DNA of 59,480 nt, the filler included. It is 5 parts of 5 records of this genome, joined end to end, with 100 filler letters (N's around TTAATTAATTAA, not from the genome) between each part and the next. Parts side by side here need not be neighbours in the genome. Positions count along the whole stretch, not along the records: positions 47,021 to 59,480 come from SRR22947725_7725; 4 more parts are not named here. One strand, 5' to 3'. Shown here piece after piece: positions 52,345-59,480 of this stretch. Under the pieces are notes generated by a model. That model saw only the letters and a list, made by a program, of their open reading frames with translations. It had not been told where the DNA came from and made no database searches. Made by a program: the position numbers and the translations under genes. Within the stretch, counting starts at the first letter, position 1. Each line of letters begins with the position of its first letter.

Positions 52345-53781
52345 ATGCATGTTTTTGTATCTTGCTTCGCCATTTGCCTTTTCGCTTCTGCTTTTCTTTG
52401 CGGTCAGTCAGTTTATCGACCGAAGTTGATCAACAGTAAAAACGGAGATCATCATGATTTTCCGTTAGGAGTACTGGAGGCAACCGGTCGATTGAAAGAT
52501 GGGGATAAAGAAATCCTTATCATGGATGTGGGTAAGGGTGGGACTGCGGAGAGAGGGGGACTTTTAGTTGGTGATCGATTGGTACGGATCGCGGGAAAGT
52601 TTCCCAAGCCGTTTTCAAAAAAAACTGACACTGGACTAGAAGGACCACAGGCCCTTTTGGGTGTAAGTTTGAATCTCAATTCTTGCTTACCCAACCCACT
52701 TTTATCTCTTCAGGTTCGAAGAGGCTCCGAGTTAATTACCTTACCTGTTAAGCTACCTTTCAGTCAGTCTTTCTCGCTGACAGCTCCAATTTCCTGTCCC
52801 AAAAGAAAAAAGTTTCTAGCAGATATTTCAAATCACCTGGCTAAGATTCAGCAAAAATCGGGCCGTTGGCAACCGGGGGTGGGCGGAGATGCGGATGTTT
52901 ATACCACCGCATTTTGCGGATTGGTGCTCTTGGCAAATAATGACCCCTCTCATCTGTCCTCGGTCAAGAAAGGGATCGAGTTTGTAAAGAAGGCTAGCAT
53001 TGATTTGATCGATTTAAATGATCCTAAGAAAGGACCCAAAAATTGGCAGACTGCTTCCAACGGAATCTTTCTTGCGGAATATCAATTAGCCACTGGTGAT
53101 AAAACTTATTTCAGCGCGCTCAAGAAATGCTGTGATTTGCTTGCCAAGAGAGTGACCGAGAAGGGGACAATGGGTCACCATTACTCGATTCCTTACAGCG
53201 GCGGTGGCTTGATTGTAATCAATGTTCAGGCACATTTGGCCTGGGCTCTGGCTGAAAAGTGTGGATATCCAATTAATGAAAAATCATGGCGTGATTCTTT
53301 TTCCGAGGTGAAGAAGTCTGTTGACCCTAAGACTGGTGCTTTGGGCTATTCCTCACGAGCTCGGTGGAGTCCGGATATTGCGGCTAGAACTGGTGCGATG
53401 GTCACCGCACTCATTGTTGCAGACCGGGAAGTGGAATTTGCTCAATCCTTAGCGGATGCGCTGGTCCGTTTAAATGGAAGAATGCGCCATGCACATGCGA
53501 TGTCTTCGATCGGTTTAATTTATGGATTTTCCGGTATTAAAATGGGGGCTTCAACAGAGCACAGCCACGTAATGAAGACCTGGTTGCCGTATCTTGAACT
53601 GAGTCGCCTACCCGAGGGGGGAGCTGCTTTTTTTGGCGGGAAAAGAAATATTGGAGGAGACCAGTACCTAGGGTATTCCTCAATCGGGAATGCTATGGTT
53701 GGAATGATTTTAGCAAGTGCGGAGGATCGCCTTTTTATGCACGGAGGATCGAGCAAGGAATGGTTTGGAATCGCAAAGTAA
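52345..53781 (+). CDS. Secreted PDZ-like + alpha/alpha-barrel protein (resembles DUF6288 proteins of PVC bacteria)
   Basis: Signal peptide; DVGKGGTAERGGLLVGDRLVRI and LQVRRG (PDZ-like); LAKIQQKSGRW, GIFLAEY helical repeats. Confidence 0.55.
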   Translation: MHVFVSCFAICLFASAFLCGQSVYRPKLINSKNGDHHDFPLGVLEATGRLKDGDKEILIMDVGKGGTAERGGLLVGDRLVRIAGKFPKPFSKKTDTGLEGPQALLGVSLNLNSCLPNPLLSLQVRRGSELITLPVKLPFSQSFSLTAPISCPKRKKFLADISNHLAKIQQKSGRWQPGVGGDADVYTTAFCGLVLLANNDPSHLSSVKKGIEFVKKASIDLIDLNDPKKGPKNWQTASNGIFLAEYQLATGDKTYFSALKKCCDLLAKRVTEKGTMGHHYSIPYSGGGLIVINVQAHLAWALAEKCGYPINEKSWRDSFSEVKKSVDPKTGALGYSSRARWSPDIAARTGAMVTALIVADREVEFAQSLADALVRLNGRMRHAHAMSSIGLIYGFSGIKMGASTEHSHVMKTWLPYLELSRLPEGGAAFFGGKRNIGGDQYLGYSSIGNAMVGMILASAEDRLFMHGGSSKEWFGIAK

Positions 53782-53965
53782 ATTCGATTCTGTTCAGGCA
53801 TTAAATTAGTTTACAATATCAAAAAATCTTCTCCTTAATTTCTTTTATCTTCTTTCGTTGGGTGGACTGGAGCTGAGAAGCCGAAATTCATTATTATTTT
53901 TGATTGGTGAACAGGTAAGTGGTTGGGGGGTTATTCCTTTTTTACTTGCGGGTTAACCGTTTGCT

Positions 53966-54727
53966 TTGTTTAAGAAATTCTTGAAAATTTGTCATTCCAT
54001 TCCCGTTTTGATTCTACTCGCCTCTCGTTTTTTGTGTCATGCCCACGAATCGGAGGCCAGTAAACCCTTTGAGAAAATTCACGCTCATCAATCCTTTGAA
54101 GCCCATGCGCACACCGGTTGGGAGAGCCTTTACTTCTCTGAAGGACGGGACGCCTTAAATGGTAAATCCCTTTGGGCAGGCTCACTGGAGGTAGGGTATG
54201 ATCATTTCTCGGGTGGAGTCTGGTATGGGAGATCTTCTAACCACCAGTATGACGAGGTGCAATATAACCTCGCTTTTACTCAGGAAATTAATGGCTTTCA
54301 ATTCTATGCAGGATATACCCATTTAGTTTTTGCCAAGGATAATGAATCAGATGATGAATGGTCTGCAGGCATTAGTTACGGGGAGTTGCCTTTTGCTTTT
54401 GAAACTTCATTGGATGCCTATTACTCAATGGATGCCGAGGGAACCTTTTTTGAATGGTCAAACACTAAGCTTTTTAATCCAAGTGACGAGTTCGAATGTT
54501 CGTTGTCTGGCATTTTTGGCTGGAACGAGGGATATGTATCGGACGGGCATAACGGAATGAATTTCTTTTCGATAAACTTGGGCGTTGGAAAGTTAATCAC
54601 CGAAAACTTCTCCCTTATTGGTCATATCAACCAAAGTTGGGCCATTGATCGTGATCTTAACTTAGCAGGGGATCAGGGGCTAAAAGATTTCTTTCATTTC
54701 GGGTTAGGAGTTGAATTCGAATTGTAG
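53966..54727 (+). CDS. Putative outer-membrane beta-barrel with His-rich N-terminus
   Basis: Signal peptide, alternating aromatic strands, C-terminal FHFGLGVEFEL. Confidence 0.6.
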   Translation: MFKKFLKICHSIPVLILLASRFLCHAHESEASKPFEKIHAHQSFEAHAHTGWESLYFSEGRDALNGKSLWAGSLEVGYDHFSGGVWYGRSSNHQYDEVQYNLAFTQEINGFQFYAGYTHLVFAKDNESDDEWSAGISYGELPFAFETSLDAYYSMDAEGTFFEWSNTKLFNPSDEFECSLSGIFGWNEGYVSDGHNGMNFFSINLGVGKLITENFSLIGHINQSWAIDRDLNLAGDQGLKDFFHFGLGVEFEL

Positions 54728-54851
54728 TGATTTAAACAATAATTAACCGATCTGTAATGAACTGATTGGGTGAAATTAGAATCGTTGCAACTGATAGCAC
54801 TTTTAGATAAAGCTCGTACACTTACATTTCTAAATATTATACTCTACCATT

Positions 54852-55370
54852 ATGCCTTATTCCCTTGAAGTCCACTTTGACGACATTACAAATGCCACTA
54901 TTCAAGATATGTGGAAAAAAATATCGGAAAATAAGATTCCCTGCCGTGCATTTGAAAAAAAATTCACTCCTCATTTAACTTTGGTTTATGGAGAAATTAG
55001 CGGCCCAAAGAAAGTTGATTGGGGATTTTTGGAAGGCCAAAAAAGATTTGAGATCAATTTTGAAAATCTGGCTTTTTTTGAGGACCGGGGCGTACTCTTT
55101 CTTTCCCCGGAAAAATCAAAACCACTAACTAAACTTCACAGTTTACATGATGAAAATGCCGGGTTTTCATCAATGAATAAATTTTACCGGACTGCTCAGT
55201 GGGATCCCCATTGCTCGCTCGCCAGTCGACTCTCCCCTAAACAAGTCCAGCGTGGTGCTTCACTCTTTGATGATTTTAAGTTACCCTTCAAGTCCACCTG
55301 TGTATCTTCTAATTTAGTCAAGTATCCAGATCCGGTCATTCTATCCACTTTCGAGTACAAGGCAGAGTAA
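54852..55370 (+). CDS. 2H phosphoesterase (2'-5' RNA ligase superfamily)
   Basis: Two Hx[T/S] motifs: PHLTL and PHCSL. Confidence 0.8.
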   Translation: MPYSLEVHFDDITNATIQDMWKKISENKIPCRAFEKKFTPHLTLVYGEISGPKKVDWGFLEGQKRFEINFENLAFFEDRGVLFLSPEKSKPLTKLHSLHDENAGFSSMNKFYRTAQWDPHCSLASRLSPKQVQRGASLFDDFKLPFKSTCVSSNLVKYPDPVILSTFEYKAE

Positions 55371-55517
55371 GCTCTGTAAGGGTGTTATTATGATACAAGA
55401 GGGTTTCGTTTCCTCTTTTGTATTGTCTTTATAAAAAGATAATTAGGAATTTTGTAAGAAAATGTGTGCAAACCGACATATATTTCCATTAACCTTATTA
55501 ATTACGATAATCCTGTT

Positions 55518-56945
55518 ATGACTACTCGGCCCAATATCATATTTATTATTACGGATCAGCAACGCTTTGATACGATTGCCGCCTTGGGTAATGATCACAT
55601 GGACACTCCGCATATGGACCGACTTGTGAATGAGGGGGTATCTTTTGATAATTGCTTTATTACTGCCGCCTCCTGTGCCCCCGCTCGAGCCAGTCTATTT
55701 ACTGGATATTATCCGCACACTACTGGTATCTTTAAAAATGCGGACTCCTGGAAGCGTTCGTGGATTGAGAAATTGTCGGACACCGGTTACCGCTGCGTCA
55801 ATGTGGGTAAGATGCACAGCTACCCCTATCACACGCCCTTGGGATTTCATGAGCGTTATGTGGTGGAGAACAAGGACCGTTACCTGGAGGAGCGCTATTT
55901 TTTTGATGAGTGGGATAAAGCATTAAAAGCACGTGGATTGGTAAAGCAACAGCGTGAATCGTATCGAAAAAGAGCAGATTACAAAGATGCATTGGGTGCA
56001 TTTGACTGGGAGCTACCCGAGGATATGCACCCCGATATGTTTGTGGGGGATACGGCCACGTGGTGGTTGAATAGCTACCCCAAAACAGAACCTCTTTTTT
56101 TACAGATCGGATTTCCTGGACCACATCCGCCTTATGATCCGACCAAGCGTTTCAGCGAACCTTATCTGAAAAAAGACCTGCCTTTAATGGAGGTGAGTCA
56201 GGAGGAGTTGGACGGCCTTCCGGAGCCCCTGAAGGGCCTGCGGCAACATAATAATGAAGTCGATCATGACTCGGTTGTGCTGGATCTTGAACCCAGTCGC
56301 GAGCAGCGGCACCGTCAACGGGCCCATTATCTCGCGAATGTGAGTATGATTGATGAGAAGGTTGGGGAAATTTTAACGACTCTTGAAAGGCAGGGCTATC
56401 TGGAAAATGGGATTGTTATATTCACTTCGGATCATGGAGACTGCCTGACTGATCACGGACACAGTCAGAAATGGACAATGTACGACCTGGTCACCCGTGT
56501 GCCCATGGTGGTGTGGGCACCTAATATTTATAAAGGCGGGCGTTCCATTGAAGGTCTTTGTCAGCATATGGATATCGGGCCAGCTATACTCGAGATGGCC
56601 GGGATTGAGGTTCCGCACACTTTCGAGGCACAGTCTATTTTACCCGCAATTCAGGGAAAAGACTGGACGCCCCGTGAGTATGTTTATGCGGAGCAGATCA
56701 AAGATGGTATCTTAACGGAAACAGAATTTATGAGCATGATTCGAAATGAAGAATGGAAATTAGTTCATTTCCTTCATATGAAATGTGGTCAACTCTTCAA
56801 TCTGAAAGAGGATCCGAACGAAGTCCGAAATTTGTGGGATGAACCTGCCGCAAGTGGAGTGAAGCAAAAACTTTTGGATCAACTCCGTGAATGGCATATT
56901 GAAAGTCAGGTTCACACCCATGACTGGGCAGCGGAATGGCGTTGA
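55518..56945 (+). CDS. Formylglycine-dependent (S1) sulfatase, no signal peptide
   Basis: RPNIIFIITDQQR, CAPARASLFTG (CxPxR), GKMH, PHPPY, TSDHGD; start at MTTRPN. Confidence 0.92.
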   Translation: MTTRPNIIFIITDQQRFDTIAALGNDHMDTPHMDRLVNEGVSFDNCFITAASCAPARASLFTGYYPHTTGIFKNADSWKRSWIEKLSDTGYRCVNVGKMHSYPYHTPLGFHERYVVENKDRYLEERYFFDEWDKALKARGLVKQQRESYRKRADYKDALGAFDWELPEDMHPDMFVGDTATWWLNSYPKTEPLFLQIGFPGPHPPYDPTKRFSEPYLKKDLPLMEVSQEELDGLPEPLKGLRQHNNEVDHDSVVLDLEPSREQRHRQRAHYLANVSMIDEKVGEILTTLERQGYLENGIVIFTSDHGDCLTDHGHSQKWTMYDLVTRVPMVVWAPNIYKGGRSIEGLCQHMDIGPAILEMAGIEVPHTFEAQSILPAIQGKDWTPREYVYAEQIKDGILTETEFMSMIRNEEWKLVHFLHMKCGQLFNLKEDPNEVRNLWDEPAASGVKQKLLDQLREWHIESQVHTHDWAAEWR

Positions 56946-56948
56946 GAA

Positions 56949-57998
56949 ATGAATCACTATTCTACCATGAAAAATTCAATCATCTTCAGTCTATGTTCAT
57001 TATTAAGTACCAGTAGCTCGATTCTTGGGGCTCAAAACTATCGCACCACTGGATCGATTGAACGCTTGGATCCCTCCTTTAATCAACTTATTTCAAAGGA
57101 TGCGAAAATTGAAATTCTTGCCGAGGGATATGTCTGGTCGGAAGGACCAGTGTGGGTTTCAAAAGGTGATTTTCTTCTTTATTCCGATGTGCCCGCCAAT
57201 AAGATTTATAAATGGAAGGAAGGAGAGGGGGCGAGTGTGTACCTTGATCCTTCTGGATACACTCCGAATAAATCACGGGCGGGGGAATCGGGTTCCAATG
57301 GTCTTACTCTGGATGAAAAGGGCAATTTGATCATATGCCAGCACGGAGACCGCCGGATCGCCCGCATGACTGCGTCGACTAATTCTCCCCTGCCAGTTTT
57401 TGAAACTTTGGCCGGAAAGTATAAAGGGAAACGTTTCAACAGCCCCAATGATCTCGCGTACAATCAAAAAGGGGAACTCTATTTTACCGATCCACCCTAT
57501 GGATTGGTGCAAAAAGAAAAGGATCCCAAGCGTGAAATTGATTTCCAGGGAGTTTATATTCTTCGTAAAAACGGGAAAGTTGCATTGGTTGGAAAAGATC
57601 TTGAACGACCCAATGGAATCACTTTGTCCCCGGATGAAAAAACTTTGTATGTGGCCAATTCCCACGGTCCTCGTCCGATTTGGATGTCCTATGAACTGAA
57701 AGAAAATGGAATGGCGAAAAAGGGGGAAATTTTCTTCGATTCTACTCAATACCGAAAAAAGCATCCCGACCGTCAGGGCGGGAATGATGGTATGAAAGTG
57801 GATGTGGATGGAAATATATGGGCGACCGGACCCGGAGGAGTTTTAGTATTTTCCCCCGAGGGCAAACATCTGGGTACTATTCTTACTGGCCAACGCACCG
57901 CCAATTGTGCATTTGGAGATGATGGTTCCACCCTTTACATGACCGCAGATATGTACCTGATGAGAATTAAGACATCGACTAAGGGGAACGGATTCTAA
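56949..57998 (+). CDS. SMP-30/gluconolactonase family protein, secreted
   Basis: WSEGPVW, SNGL, FNSPNDL, PNGI, DGMKVD, NCAFG. Confidence 0.92.
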   Translation: MNHYSTMKNSIIFSLCSLLSTSSSILGAQNYRTTGSIERLDPSFNQLISKDAKIEILAEGYVWSEGPVWVSKGDFLLYSDVPANKIYKWKEGEGASVYLDPSGYTPNKSRAGESGSNGLTLDEKGNLIICQHGDRRIARMTASTNSPLPVFETLAGKYKGKRFNSPNDLAYNQKGELYFTDPPYGLVQKEKDPKREIDFQGVYILRKNGKVALVGKDLERPNGITLSPDEKTLYVANSHGPRPIWMSYELKENGMAKKGEIFFDSTQYRKKHPDRQGGNDGMKVDVDGNIWATGPGGVLVFSPEGKHLGTILTGQRTANCAFGDDGSTLYMTADMYLMRIKTSTKGNGF

Positions 57999-58015
57999 CA
58001 TTTCCAAAGTAGTTT

Positions 58016-59047
58016 ATGAAATCCATGATGCTCACCGCACCCAAGAGGCTTGAAATTCAGGACAGCCCGATACCGGAGCATGGCGAGAATGAGGTGTTGA
58101 TCCGGGTGAAGGCATGCGGGATTTGTGGAAGCGATGTGCATGGCTTTGACGGAAGCAGTGGTCGGCGTATTCCCCCGCTCATTATGGGGCACGAAGCAGC
58201 CGGAATAATTGAGTCCTGCGGGTCAGGCGTTACCGGTTTTGCAATTGGGGACAGGGTCACCTTTGATTCAACCGTTTATTGCGGAGAATGTGACTACTGC
58301 AAAAAAGGGCAGGTTAATCTTTGTGACCACCGGATGGTACTGGGAGTGTCTTGTGGGGAGTACCGCAGGCACGGAGCATTTGCCGAGTTTGTAACCGCAC
58401 CAGCCCATATTTTATATCAATTGCCAACCGGATTCCCTTTCGAACATGCGGCAATGATTGAGGCCGTTTCAGTTGCGGTTCATGCGGTGGGACGGATTAC
58501 GATTGCTCCGGCAGATACTTGTTTGGTTGTGGGTGCGGGCATGATTGGATTACTTGTTGTCCAGGCCCTCCGAGCGGCAGGATGTCAGAAGGTAATTGCG
58601 GTGGATATTGATGAGGACCGTCTGGAGCTTGCCCGCAGGCTGGGAGCGACTGATACCATTAATTCCAAGGATAAGGATGTGGAGGAAGAAATTCTTGCCC
58701 AGACACAGGGCCGGGGAGTTGCCTCCTCTTTTGAAGTGGTCGGTTCGACTCCCACAGTTCAGACTGCGATCAATACAGTGAGAAAAGGTGGCTCAGTTGT
58801 TTTGGTTGGTAATCTCGCCCCCGAAGTTGATCTTCCACTACAAGCGGTGGTCACCCGCGAACTTTCCCTTTTGGGGACCTGTGCCTCCGCGGGGGAATAT
58901 CCCCAATGTATAGAATTGATGTCCAACGGTTCGATTCAGGTGGACCCGTTGATCAGTGCAACCGTTTCCCTTGAGGAAGGACCCTCGTGGTTTGAACGAC
59001 TGTATCAACGCGAACCCGGATTGATGAAAGTAATTCTGCAACCATGA
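58016..59047 (+). CDS. Zn-dependent sugar/polyol dehydrogenase (MDR family)
   Basis: CGICGSD, GHE, CGECDYC..C structural Zn, GAGMIG. Confidence 0.9.
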   Translation: MKSMMLTAPKRLEIQDSPIPEHGENEVLIRVKACGICGSDVHGFDGSSGRRIPPLIMGHEAAGIIESCGSGVTGFAIGDRVTFDSTVYCGECDYCKKGQVNLCDHRMVLGVSCGEYRRHGAFAEFVTAPAHILYQLPTGFPFEHAAMIEAVSVAVHAVGRITIAPADTCLVVGAGMIGLLVVQALRAAGCQKVIAVDIDEDRLELARRLGATDTINSKDKDVEEEILAQTQGRGVASSFEVVGSTPTVQTAINTVRKGGSVVLVGNLAPEVDLPLQAVVTRELSLLGTCASAGEYPQCIELMSNGSIQVDPLISATVSLEEGPSWFERLYQREPGLMKVILQP

Positions 59048-59480
59048 GTCCGATTCTTTTATTGCTGATCGGCATGGTGATTGTGGTCGGCAGTATTTTA
59101 ATTTTTAGGCTTCATGCGTTTCTCGCTTTGATCCTGGGTTCTTTGATTGTGGCTGCCTTCACCGAAAAGGAAGCGGTCTATCATCATTGCCTCAAGTCAG
59201 AAGCGGTCCGAATCACGGATGTGGTCAGTGATCGTGTGGTATTGAAGGCTTCTAAAAACCAGAAAATTATTTCAGGGTCTATTTTCTTACTTCGCCCGAA
59301 TGAATCCGATGGAAAACTAGAGGAAATTTCCGTGGGGGTACTCACTTTACTTCCTTCATCAAATCTGAGTGAGGAGGAAAAAACACTCGAAAAAGAACTG
59401 GGGGTTCGTTACGGGGAGATTTCCTCCGAAGTTTTACCTGAAATTAAAGACCGGATAATTCATCATACCCAAATCAATGA
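59044..59480 (+). CDS. GntP-family sugar-acid permease, 3'-truncated (not in the ORF track)
   Basis: ATGA overlap with the dehydrogenase stop; MSPILLLLIGMVIVVGSILIFRLHAFLALILGS; no stop before the window end. Confidence 0.75.
   Translation, partial: MSPILLLLIGMVIVVGSILIFRLHAFLALILGSLIVAAFTEKEAVYHHCLKSEAVRITDVVSDRVVLKASKNQKIISGSIFLLRPNESDGKLEEISVGVLTLLPSSNLSEEEKTLEKELGVRYGEISSEVLPEIKDRIIHHTQIN

Noticed and set aside
924-59041. Many short antisense or nested ORFs in the ORF track (e.g. 9536-9841, 42903-43283, 57273-57764)
   Set aside because: They overlap well-supported genes and show no recognisable motifs; shadow ORFs

Overview
This window is not one locus. Four artificial 100-nt linkers (44 N + TTAATTAATTAA + 44 N; 11491-11590, 21182-21281, 32736-32835, 46921-47020) join five unrelated contigs, probably from a marine metagenome; taxa below are inferred from gene content and protein style. 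(1) 1-11490, AT-rich actinobacterium (Ca. Actinomarina-like): nuoLMN, a 48-aa ORF missed by the ORF track, an ABC exporter, tdk, a DtxR/IdeR-like regulator with degenerate metal ligands and two identical-arm palindromes, and an Fe(III) ABC importer. (2) 11591-21181, low-GC Rhodobacteraceae: end of an island at tRNA-Ser(GCT) carrying a serine resolvase, a membrane-anchored thermonuclease, a GIY-YIG protein and two lipoproteins, then serB/serC/serA, a HAD hydrolase and dapD. (3) 21282-32735, gammaproteobacterium (Cellvibrionales/Oceanospirillales-like): cobalamin riboswitch-btuB-cobO-HmuUV-like ABC genes, radA, a lambda O/P-derived dopC/dopE-like pair, parC, parE. (4) 32836-46920, Rhodobacteraceae housekeeping genes (tRNA-Leu end, tig, rpsF-rpsR-rplI, fab genes, mltG, cysE, pdhABC, ftsB, pgk). 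(5) 47021-59480, probably Verrucomicrobia: deaD, pntAB, a PDZ/alpha-barrel protein, an OMP, a 2H phosphoesterase and a sulfatase-lactonase-dehydrogenase-GntP cluster. The best candidates for new biology are the two-nuclease island module (possible membrane-level anti-phage defence) and the ligand-degenerate DtxR with its own operator. No database searches were run.
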